A stretch of DNA of 64,000 bases from Amphiscolops sp. MND2022 (lineage: Eukaryota). The notes under the pieces are model-generated. The model saw nothing but the letters and a program-made list of their open reading frames with translations. It searched no databases and was not told the DNA's origin. This document shows positions 53,301-64,000 of the stretch, piece by piece. The stretch spans positions 41,108,001-41,172,000 of the forward strand of contig OZ076409.1 in NCBI GenBank assembly GCA_964187785.1, given 5' to 3'. The position numbers and the translations under genes are program-made. Each line of letters starts with the position of its first letter. Position 1 is the stretch's first letter.

Positions 53301-54078
53301 GCAAAGCACAAATACGCGGGAAAATAGAAAACCACGTGAATCAAGTTATCTCCCGGAACACGATCGAAGCAACATGCAGAACTAACGAACTCCTAATACC
53401 CCATTTGATGGAAATTTTCCGCAGCAATAAGGAACAGCTCACAAAACGAAATACGCTAGAGATCAAAAAAACATTATTAGAAAAAACGAACTTTGTGTGT
53501 CTGCAAGTAAATTTTGTTTAGTAGGTTTAGTAGGTTGACGAAGTAAAAATTCGGAAGTTTATATGTTAGACGTTGTTTGAACATTATTGATTTTTAGAAA
53601 GTTTCCAGGACCTCTTTCGTCGGAAGTCGCATCTACCACAGCCAGTGCCGCACTAGAAGTACAACCGACCATGGAAAAAAGTCTTTGGAGAACAGAAACC
53701 AATATCCGCCTTGTTACGGTTCGCCGAAACTTTCTAATTGTTCCGACAAAAAAATCAAAAATGGTACCGAATCGTGCACAAACTAGTTGGAGGATAACTT
53801 GAACTATAAGACAAGCGGAAAAATGCAATTCGTGAGAGACACGAAATATTACGATAGTCATGAGTCGGAAAGTCAAGGAGAACAATTTCCGTCCCTGTAA
53901 GTTAGGAGCAAAGCACAAATACGCGGGAAAATAGAAAACCACGTGAATCAAGTTATCTCCCGGAACACGATCGAAACAACATGCAGAACTAACGAACTCC
54001 TAATACCCCATTTGATGGAAATTTTCCGCAGCAATAAGGAACAGCTCACAAAACAAAACACGCTAGAGATAAAAAAAC
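50400..54078. repeat. Highly homogeneous tandem array, 607-bp unit, about 6 copies
   Basis: Near-identical ORFs at 50908, 51515, 52122, 52729, 53336 and 53943 (exact 607-bp period). Confidence 0.98.
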
Positions 54079-54097
54079 ATGCCCATTTAGAAAGATC

Positions 54098-54905
54098 CAC
54101 CGATGTTTTCGATCTTTGCGAATCTGTGCAGATCTGCAGGATTTTTGCAGCTCTTTGCAGATATGTGCAGATTCGAAAAACTCGACATAGGCAGATACAC
54201 AATAAAAAACCCACAGCGATGTCAAACGAATAATAAAAATGTTTAAAACTGGAGATATCTCATTTACGACAAAATGATAAAAAAATTTTCTGTAGCAATC
54301 TGTTAAGGTCTGTAGAGATTACAAATCTTCACAGAGCCAAACAATGACCAATAAATTACTATAACGTATTCCAAGTCAACAGCAACTACTAAAAATACTC
54401 CAGCAAACTATGTTGCGGAAATATTATAGCAACACTTTATCAACACACCGACCAACCCAGGTTGCCACATGTCAAATTTCATCCGCCAAAATTAAGTCAA
54501 TATGGCAAACGAGCCACTCAATGATCAACCACCACTTCTGAAAAGTTCAAGTGAAATGGATGAATTACGGAGTATAACCAATAGCGCACTTTCTCCCGTC
54601 ACCAAAATTGCCGTGATGGGGACAAATTTTCCTTCTCGAGAATTTTGAGTGATGGAGAGTTTCAACTGACTGGCCCTAGGTCAGCTAAAAGTCTCGATAA
54701 AGTAGTTGAAGAAGTCCAAAAATGCAGTATATTGGTTCCTTAGAAGCTGCAGAAAACCATATTTATGCAAAAATCTTCAAAGAAAATCTGCACACTTCTG
54801 TAAAGATCTTGCAGATCTGTATGGATCTTCAAGATTCAGTGCAACGATCTTTGCAGATCCCTGCAGAGAAAATACTGTAGATTTGCAAAGATCGAAAACC
54901 AAGTG
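54098..54905. mobile_element. CAC-terminated CMC-type MITE nested in the large element
   Basis: Left CACCGATGTTTTCGATCTTTGC, right GCAAAGATCGAAAACCAAGTG; TGCAGATC subterminal repeats. Confidence 0.7.
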
Positions 54906-56447
54906 AACAGTTCAATTTAACCACATTCTTGGTTTATTCATAATTTAGGGACAAATAAGAAACAATCAGTTATGTAAATTAACATTGAATCTAAAGTCAA
55001 ATACTAAAAGTAGGGCTGATTTACATTAACCACAGAGATCAGCACATAGGTTTTCAATTCCAGATGGGGCTCCAGACAATATTTGCTCGAGCTCATTTAA
55101 GGAGTATGCAATTTTTTTATTTTTTTACTGGCTGAAACATTGAATTAGATATAATACACACAATGTAAAAAAAAACAAAGGTGCACTACAATAACAAAAC
55201 AGACAATTTACAATAGTATCTACGTTTCAGTGCAAGCATCGATGAAGTTGGCTGATAAGGATTCGTTTGGACTATGCGCACAATTTTGAAACTCAAACAT
55301 CGACCCTCATTAATCTAACAGCATAACGAGCAAATAGCCGTTCTCAACATTGAACCAAAATGAAGTACTATCCAACAAGATTAACACGAATGCTAAATGA
55401 GGTCGCAGACTTATATCCACAGATATAATTAATCAAATATTGCAATATTTCAGCAATAAAAGCAGCTCTTCGGAAATAGCCAATGCAGATAATTTGAACG
55501 AGCGATTTTGACAGATAACCAAGAAACAACATATAATCAAAATAAATTGTTTGGTGACATCATTTTAATCCTCTTTATTTTTCTATCTTTTCTCCTCTGC
55601 TTTCAGCTTTTCTTTATGGGGACCGTGCGAAGCGAAACTATGTTGGTCTGCAACAGGAATGATGGCCCAGAGTTCAAAAAAACAGACAATTTACATGTCA
55701 AAGGATGAAATGGCACTAGGGACTAGGGTCAAAGTCAGTGATAATCTAGAAAGATCGAAAACCTGGGTTCAAACCTTAATTAAACCCATCCAGTTAAAGA
55801 TGTCAAAAATCCAGCATAGTGTTTAGAAAATTTTGAAAATTGTAAATTCTCGCGCACCTTTACAATTGTAAAAAAACTTGAACAGTGCTGGACGCGAACA
55901 CAAATTCATGGTACCTAGCCGCGCACACTGACCAAAATACAGGGAAACCACTGAGTTCGAAAACGATTGTTGTCATAAAAAAAGGATTTCCCAAAAGATC
56001 CTAAGAATCATCCTGGGATCTCATATTAGGAAGTTTTAAAACACTTGAATTTCTGTTATTTTACTAGATTGAGAAAATGTAATACATTTTAAAACTGGTA
56101 TGAACGCTCGGAAACGCTCACCTTCTTTCTGATTGAGAGGATGATTCGGTCATGATTGAGGGTACTAGTTTCCAGATCAAAGGCAGATTCAGGTTGATTT
56201 TGAACAGAACAGTGTTCAAGGCTTCAAATTCACAACAATTCTGAAAAATGCAAAAAAAATTCTCAACTGACAATAACGATGATGAAATTGCAGAAATCTG
56301 TTAGGTAGCTTTTCTTATGTAGAAAATATTTTCCCATGCTTTTGTAAATTTTTTTTAGTGCCGCCTTAGAACTAATGGAAATAGGACTAATTGAAATAGG
56401 ACTAAAACAACTTTTGGCATGGAAAAATTGCAATTAGGTAGATCAAA

Positions 56448-56702
56448 TTAGAAATCAAATTTGTCATAGTCTGCTATGAATGCTCCACAGCATTTGCAAC
56501 AACGGTTGCGGAAACAAATTTCGCATACCATATGACCACATGGTCGTAACAAATAAGAAATTTTTTCCTCACAACCGCAACATAGACCAAAATTTTCTTC
56601 CGATTCAGTTTCTGAGCAATTGAGAACATTGTTTTTGTCAACTTCGTCATTTTCATCGTCAACATCCCTCTCATCATCACTTTCTTGATAATTTCCAATC
56701 AC
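56448..56702 (-). pseudogene. C3HC4 RING-finger fragment after an acidic tract
   Basis: CCGCEEKISYLLRPCGHMVCEICFRNRCCKCC; upstream in-frame stop. Confidence 0.75.
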
Positions 56703-56861
56703 GACACCGCAGCCTTGTCTTCAATGCATCCGAGTTGTTTTTCGTATATATGTAGCCATCATGGACATAGTTTTTTGTGTTCTTCTTCAAACCTTCGATT
56801 ATTTCGAAATCTGATGACATCACTCCCTAGAAACTTTGAAGTTTGTTAGTTCTAATTCAGG

Positions 56862-57128
56862 TTACCCAAAAATTTTATGCACTGTTTCCAAGTTATGGGA
56901 TCTGAGAATTCGAATTATGGATCTGTTGCAAGCTAATATAGTATAAACTCCGTCAACAGACATGATTACGTCATTAATGGTCAACCTTTCCTCGGGGCTA
57001 CTGGATTCGTCCAAGCTTGCAATTACCACTCCTTCCAGAGAGAAAACTGACAAAGAGGTTTTGCTGGTTGCAAGTATGTATCCACTAGCAGGGTTCAGGA
57101 CTACGTTTGAAACAATTAGTTCTAACAA
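56862..57128 (-). pseudogene. WD40-repeat fragment resembling BEACH-protein C-termini
   Basis: GYILA..LSVFSLEGVVIA..INDVIMSVDGVYTILAC..IRILRSHNL beta-propeller blade pattern. Confidence 0.45.
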
Positions 57129-58827
57129 ATTAGTTCTAACTCCCGTAAAAATTAGTTCTAATTCCTGTTTGAGAGAATACGAAATTAGTTCTATTTCCTA
57201 TGAACGTGTCAGAAATTTTGAGCATGTTAGTCCTAATTCCATTAGTTCTATTTCTTTAGTCCGATTTCCGTTTCCCCCATATTGCTCAAGATTCAAATTT
57301 TGTACTGCCGTTTATCTTCGCTGTTGCAAAAAAATTAAAATGATAAAAGTTATTCGACTTTTTGAAAAAAAAATTTCACGTCGAATGAAAAAAGTTTCGA
57401 TTTTTTTGTTCCTTCTGAGAACTTTTCACTGAAAATAGCGTCAGTTCTTTTCTTTTCCTTTTGATTCTCGACTTTAATAGGTAATAGGAAAGTCAAACTA
57501 TGAAGTTTTAAACAGTCCAATGAAAATCTCTCATTTTCAATATTACGCTCTAAAGTAGTTCCATCGAGATTTTCTCAGGATACCATGAAAACTTATAATT
57601 TTCTGCCCTAATGACTTTAAGTCGTGACAAATTTTCTATGACCTTATGTTTTTCAGGCGAAAAAAAATTGAACCGCGCTGACGATTTTTCAGTGAGACGA
57701 ATTTTTTTGCTTCAGTGGCACATTTAGATGAGTTTGTTCACATCTGAAGTAGCGTCTGTGCATACAAGAACCCTCACTTTGCCCGCAAAAACTAACAAAA
57801 GTTTTGCGGGTTTTCGTCCTCTACAACTTTGATGCTTCTCGTAAAACCCGCCAAATTTTGCATAAACCTTGATTAAAACCTGGATAATTATCAGCTCAAC
57901 AGCGAAATTTTCGAGCATGAAAACATCTCAAAGAATCACCCAAAATTTTATTAAAAGTATCAGGCAACCTATAAAAACATGTAAAAAGTTCATGCACTGT
58001 GAACAAGGGTCATTGAATGAAAGTTTGGTCACGTGACTATGACGCGCAGTATTTACTGCGTGTAAACTACTTTCGACGCTTTGAATATTCTACGATTTGA
58101 ATCGTCCCCACTCGTTTCTTTTTGAAGAATACTCCGTTTTGATTGAAACTTCTGCCACAAAAGGTCGAATTTTTAACATTCAGGATCAATTCGACGAGCT
58201 TCGATACCGAATAGAAAGTTCTCGCGAATTAGAAGTAAAGGGTCTAAACAAAAAAGATTGAGCAAACTGAGGCTCTAATAGGTCAGCAAACCGATAAGTG
58301 CTCACAAAAATTTTGTTTTTAACTGAACTGCTCTTTGTAAGAGGGAAACACATTTCAGCGGGTAAATTTCTTTATTGCTGAGTTTTTGCAAACAGTTTGA
58401 AAGACGGGCAAAAAAGTCACTATAGTCACTATATATACTCAGTCCGTATTTCAATGAACGTGGACTCAAAGCAGGTGAAAATCAACTGACATTGACGAAG
58501 ACCAGGGCAAATCCTTCTAAGAATTCACAAAATCAGCTTCTTTCATCAACTATTTTGTCTAAAAACTTTTGCCTCAGAACGCAAAAATCACTTCATTGTA
58601 GAACACTTTATTCTTAATGAATTTAAAGTATTCATATGTTCATTGAAAACAAATGAAGAGACTTGAAGTGAAGGTGTTACTTCTAAGCTTATATCAGCTC
58701 ACTCGTGTGTTGTTGCATCTAAAAATACTAAAGTAAAAAGAGAAAATAATAGAAGCAGTTTTATTCAGCATCTGATCTAGAGCTAGCGCAAAATAAAACT
58801 AAACTGAGTTATAGTTCTATATAGACA

Positions 58828-58837
58828 TCTGATACCA
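58828..58837 (-). other. Primer-binding-site-like TGGTATCAGA (tRNA-iMet type)
   Basis: Minus strand ATTAAA...CTGTAAT-TGGTATCAGA; the 5' end of the adjacent LTR was not identified. Confidence 0.45.
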
Positions 58838-60553
58838 ATTACAGTCTTATGAGTTTGTATTTAATTAGACTAGCCTGACTACACACATTGCCACTTCTGC
58901 TAGTGTGTGTAACGATAAGCGCTGGCGCTTGAACCGCAACGTAGAGTGGAGGAACTAGAACAGCGAATATAATCTGGGACCTAGATCTCCGCGGCTCTAG
59001 CTCATTTTCCCTCCGAAGGAGCCAGTCCCAAGGTGGGGGAACCGTCTTGTAGGATACTCTCTGGCCTGGTCCTAGTCTGTAACTGCTAAAAGTAACAGGC
59101 ATCTTGCAAGACTCAAGACCACTGCTCAACTAGCCTTTAAAAATCGGGCTGAAAATCGATGAAGGTTGAACCGTAATATTGGAGAATCTGATAAAATCGC
59201 CAAATTGGATAAACTGATGTTAAATAACAGCTCTCGAGCACATTAATTTATCACATCGAAAAATACAACAAGAAATCAAGAGTTCAGAGTCATTTGATTG
59301 AAATTGACCTCAGCTTCCCAGCGCTAGCGCTAGTTGCCACACAGGATACCGCAGGGATACTCAGGCGAACATCTGGAACACTGGTTTTCTCTACTTGTAG
59401 TAATGGATATCTCCTAGAGATGGACACAATACCGTGCTCTGTATGCGTTGGGGACGTCTTTTTAGTCGTCTCCGGTGCTTGTTCGTCGCGAGCGGCGATT
59501 TCTGCTTTTCTGGGGTGCTTTCTCTGGCAGGTACTTCGTCTTGAGCATGTTTGAGTGCCACGTCAAATTTGAACGAATTTTTGACAAAATTTCTAAACAT
59601 GTCGGTTGATATTGCTGTACCAGAGCTTACCGTTACATCACTCCCCAGGCTCCTGGCTTGTCGTCCCTGGCAAGCGGCGTCTGGCTCGTCTGGAAACTGC
59701 ATCACAGTGACTGCTGGAAACCATCATCCACACATCGGGGAACAAGGACGAGTCCTTGTTTTTCGGCAACAATTTCGGTCAGTTTTTGCGGTTTTTTCGC
59801 GAAAAAAAGCTTACTGCCTAGCTATTTGTACAAAACACGAACGAGGTTTTAGCACCAGCTCGAGAGCTAAAGTTTTCAGCCGGTTAAAACTCGTTTGGGC
59901 AGCCAACTTACGTAAAAACTTTTTTGCGACCAAAGTCGGCTAAAATTTCTTTTTCTTACCATTTGATACTTGTAGTCTTCAATTCACTTCTGGCGGTTAA
60001 AAACTTTTTTTAGAGCTTGCGGGCTCTTGCGGTGAACAACCAAATTGATGAAGAACACTAGACTAGAAAGAAGAATGCAATCAAGAGGGATAAAACTTCT
60101 TTTGATTGTGACAACTCAAAAACACCGCGAACGGTGCGCAACAAAAATAGCAGTTTTCTGAATAATAGTTTTTCTTTTCTTTCTGCTTGGTAGTTCAAGC
60201 CACTGGGGCAGGCGTACTCTATTGGCCGTACACCCAGTGCAACATTAATGGTACACTAATCATATAACCATAACTATGAACAAAAATTGCACTTCGTATT
60301 GTAGCACCGTTTTGGATGAGAAGTTTTAAGGCACTGTTTGGTTGGCAGTTTTCGAGTGTATAGGGAGCGCGAACGCTCCCGTTAGCGGCTGGGTTTATTG
60401 AGCCGAACTGCGTCGGGTCCGCTCTTTAGTGGCATCATCTGGGTTCTGTTCTGGGTTATCAGTCGACACTGACGCTCGACGTCGGGGAGAGACTTCTGTG
60501 GCAACCGTTTCAGAGTCCGACAGATCTTCGGGGAGCGACAACTCGGCAATGGG

Positions 60554-63500
60554 CTACACTAGTGCTGCATTGGGAGTCAACTCAGCTACGTGCTCTCCGG
60601 ACTGCTGCTGCAAGGACTGAGGACTAGTTCGTGACGAAGACGGGCCAACTGGTTCTGGCTCCAAGTTGTGGGTTGGAAGGTTAATGGTGATCAGTTGAGA
60701 GATGGGCCGATCCAAAGACATCGCCATCGTTGGCGCCAGCATGGTAGGCGCGAGCGCCTGTTGTATCGCTATTTCTGCTCTGCCTTCTACGGCTAATGCG
60801 ACTCGGCGTGAGATCCACCCAGGTTGGCTCCAGAGCTCGCAAGCTCTCTTCCATTTAGGGAAGCTAGCAATTTCCAACTCCAGACAATACTCTTCCCATC
60901 TTGCTCGTTCTGTCGAGCCCAACACGGAATTGATCTCATCATGCTGGACGATGGACATATCTCCAGACATGGTCATCTTTCCTGTAGGCTTCCATGCCGA
61001 CTTCCGGGGGAAGGGGATAACGCGGGATTGGAGATTTCTTTGCCTGATCTGAGCAGCGCCTTCAATCCATCCTGGGATCTGGGCTGGTTCCAAGTGCTGG
61101 ATTTGACGGTTGAAAATCTCAGGGGCGCGTCCAACGGGTTTCGCCCTTGGCCAACCTAACGGCTCCTTCCAATAGCGGTTTGGGAAGGCGATGCATTTAA
61201 AGCAGTACAAAGGGTCTACAGGTGGACCAGCACTAGTGCTGGCGCGAATCGCCTTTCTTATGAATTCCTGACTCCACGGGAATCTGAAGGGGACTCCTTC
61301 CAAACTGAGAGGTGCGGAGTACCAATTCACAGGCCCATGTTCTCGAGGCAGAGGACATGCTTTCCTGGTGCGCGCGCGCAACAAACCCATCAGGTTCTCC
61401 TCCAGCTCCCTTTCAGACTTCACGGTCGTATACCCATGCTGCACTTCACCACTCAGCACGGCATGTATTACCCTTGGATATGCCAGTGAGGGACGGCCTC
61501 GCAGATAGGTGCTAAAGGAGACCATGTGTACTTGGACTGCTGTTGCTAACGGTTTGGTAGGGTATCGGCACACGCCCACTGCACCAAAGATGGGGGCCAG
61601 GACGGGAGCCATGGCTGCCACGAAATCCTCTACCTCAGCCAGGGTGAGATCAGCGATCTGCTGCGGCAAGAGGAATCCTGCCGTTTCCCGTGGGATTTGC
61701 TGATCTGAGTGGTGTAGTGGTTGGGATTGGTCCACGCCCACGAATAGACCGGAGGCGAACACCAGGGTGGAATATAGCCAGTGCTGGATCGACGCACGCA
61801 TGCGCTCCAGTTGGGCGGAATAATCTTGTTGGTCCTTTGAGGTCATTAAATGTCCCCAACGGGTCAGGCTGCGTAGTTGTCCTTGTGCCAGGACCAAGTA
61901 GCTGTAGAATACGGTGAGGTCGCAGGCAATCACGATGTCGACTAGTAGGGCTAGTGGTCCGGCTACAAACTTCGTTGGACCCATCGCTAGCGCGAGCGCT
62001 AGTATTTCTCCGACAGTTGCCTCTCCAATGGTTTCTAGTAGCTCGTCCGTTTGCGTGGGGGTCAGCGAAAACTCGGAAGTTAGCACTTCAAGGTTCCATC
62101 CCAGACCTAGACTGGTACAGAAGGCTTCCAATGGACAATTGAGCTCTCGAGCTACTTCTGCTAGAGTCCTGGTAGCAAACCTAGTCTTGTACCAATAGGC
62201 GTGAGTGGTAGCTGCGGCGTCGACCTCGGCCTTCAGATTGGTTGCTTCAATTGCCACGATGCACCGCAGTCCTACAGACAGCTTCACGGGCTCGATTCCT
62301 GAGGCGAAGTGGATCTGTGGGATTGTCCTCTCAACGGTGCGCGCTGCAGGCCATGCACCGATTTGTTTTGTCAGTTCGGCTAACTCTGCACGCACTGGGA
62401 TTTCTTTGTCCTTTCGCATCAGCCAATTGTACCGACGAACAGCCTCTCGTTCGGTCACATTTGACTCTCGGGCGATGCGGTTGCCTTCAAGGTCGAAGGC
62501 CATTCTGCCCATCCGCATTCCATGATCATAGAGGAGAGCGTCGTCAATGGTTAGCTGGGCATTTCCCGAGCGTTCTATAGCAACGAGCGCTCTAGATACA
62601 GCGGCAAAGAAGGCTGGATACGATAAGGTATCTGGGCGCAGGTCCTCTCGGTCGACACGCAAGTTTGGTGCACAGATAGCGAATTCGACTCTGCGCGCCT
62701 TGCATAACTCCAGCAGGATGTAGACGAACTGCTGCAGACTTCGTGGCCAGTACATAAATCCTGGTGGGGATACAAAGAGCGCGAGCGCTCCCAGACGACC
62801 CCAAAGGATCCCTGCGGCACGTTCCATTGCACCGACAACCTCATTTACTAGGGCTGCAATGTCTCCAGGTCGTCGGAAATTGGACATTATGGCGTCTAGG
62901 TCACGCAGCAACCCTTCGCAAGCCATGTGATCCAGAAGATTGGCAAGGATCACGCGCTGTGGGGGTGGCTCCTTCTGTGATCCTCTTAGGTTTGGATCGT
63001 ATATGGCTCCAACCATCTTAGCGATCTCAGCGAAGCGAGACAGGGGCATAGTCAGTACCAGCACGTCAGGCATCAAGTTGTCAATAGGCAGATCACTCCG
63101 GCAGGTAGAATCAACCGCCATGCAGTAGCTATGCTTTCCATAGGGGTTTCAGAGATCTCAAGTTGCGGGCGTAGCGGGCGTTCGCTTCCCATGTCTCACC
63201 TTCTCGCAACACATATCGTGCGGGGAATTGCTCGGTAATGTTATGTTGCAGGGGTGCCATGTAATCGTTAGTTGTCGTGGGCAGCTGCTCTCGAGTACGC
63301 TGTTCCCAAGCCTGCTCCGACATATCTGCGTCACGGGGGCGCAGCGAACGTGTAACCTGCGCCGGTATTGTGGTTCGATTGATTTCCTTTTGCTCCGTCT
63401 CAGTGGGAGGGGCCCTTTTCTTTATGGCGCATTGACTGGGGTAGAGATGCTCAGCCGCCATCCAAATGCGTTTGCTATCATTTGCGACTACTGAACCGGA

Positions 63501-64000
63501 TACGTCATCAGATGGAGGGAGGAAGGCTGGAGGGCGGGCCTCCTCCACCGTCTCAGGTATCTCCAGGGACATATCTATTGGATTCGTGCCCGAGGGCACA
63601 GAGCTCACTTCCGAGCCTGCGTCCGGATCTCCATACTGCTCGATTGCGTCCGCTAGAGACATCTGAGGCGCGCCTCGGCCTAGATGACCCACTCGGTATG
63701 GAGGCCTAGGGATGACTACTCTTTTCAGCTGGGGTCGAGGTACATCAGCGCGCTTGTCGGGAGGGGGACGACTAGTCGGGCTCTCGGTTACTGAGCCAGC
63801 TGGGGTGACTGAGGCAGTTTCTTCGGTTAGTCGCTTTCTCCCGGCTTCTTCTCATGTGCCAGTAGCAGCGCGTGCGCTGTTGCTTGGTCCAGCAGCAATT
63901 TCCACATCCATAGATGCCGTCTCGACTAAGGGAGCAGGGGGGTCACAGCCCGAGGGCTGAACAGCAGCTTGCAGATAAGTGGCTAGTCCAGGGATTCTCT
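60554..64000 (-). pseudogene. Long GC-rich ORF (>1140 codons, open beyond window), probable retroelement accessory protein
   Basis: 855-aa ORF joins the 63129-63692 ORF through one frameshift near 63150; that frame stays open to 64000 except one TGA at ~63853; no introns; GC content much higher than flanks. Confidence 0.65.

Larger units (their letters stand above)
56367..57278. mobile_element. Small TIR element (left end truncated) carrying gene fragments
   Basis: TAGAACTAATGGAAATAGGACTAA at 56367 matches the reverse complement of ~57227-57250 (23/24); ATTAGTTCTA repeats; ends CCGTTTCCCCC. Confidence 0.55.
35222..58009 (-). mobile_element. Giant CACTA/EnSpm (CMC) DNA transposon, 22,788 bp
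   Basis: TIRs CCCTAGTCGAGCCTGCATGAACTTTTTGCATG vs CCCTTGTTCACAGTGCATGAACTTTTTACATG (25/32), TC TSD on both sides, subterminal repeats at 35260-35400, CACTA-type transposase inside. Confidence 0.85.
34909..58109. mobile_element. Merlin/MULE-like MITE (~410 bp) split by the CACTA insertion into 34909-35221 and 58010-58109
   Basis: TIRs GGTGACTATTCAAATCGTAGAATATTCAAA and GGGGACGATTCAAATCGTAGAATATTCAAA (28/30); 9-bp TSD CCTCGTTTC/ACTCGTTTC. Confidence 0.85.

Noticed and set aside
35660..54078. Regular repeats as a CRISPR array
   Set aside because: Units are 446-960 bp with no unique spacers, there are no cas genes and the context is eukaryotic
50491..54233. Repeated 60-160-aa ORFs in the 607-bp array (likewise in the 446/652-bp array)
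   Set aside because: They occur on both strands, often from non-ATG starts, with no domain signal; by-products of the repeat
55750..55767. AAAGATCGAAAACCTGGG as the right end of the large CACTA element
   Set aside because: It matches the 54098 MITE family, not the left TIR at 35222; the end at 58009 matches and has the TSD
60554..63121. Envelope glycoprotein
   Set aside because: No signal peptide, clear C-terminal transmembrane anchor or cysteine/glycosylation pattern is visible
60702..63960. Plus-strand ORFs opposite the long GC-rich ORF
   Set aside because: Antisense shadows expected from GC-rich coding sequence

Overview
AT-rich, repeat-dense eukaryotic (animal-like) DNA with GT-AG introns and no clear ordinary host gene; almost all of it is transposon-derived. 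The main feature is a ~22.8-kb CACTA/EnSpm (CMC)-type DNA transposon at 35222-58009. It has 32-bp CCC...GGG TIRs and a 2-bp TC target duplication, and it splits a small Merlin/MULE-like MITE. Its spliced 4-exon gene (~949 aa) fuses a SUV4-20/KMT5B-like H4K20 methyltransferase SET domain to the N-terminus of the transposase. The element also carries an SGNH hydrolase gene, a BEN-domain gene, RING and WD40 fragments and several internal tandem arrays. A second, older TIR element (~5893-20449) holds a decayed Transib/Chapaev-like transposase, a frameshifted SETD8/PR-Set7-like SET gene, a Tudor-like ORF and a C2H2 finger. The rest is a BEL/Pao 3' end with LTR, an hAT remnant, MITEs, two solo LTRs, two decayed LINEs and a long GC-rich retroelement-like ORF running off the right end. 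All homology calls are by-eye motif recognition, not database searches.
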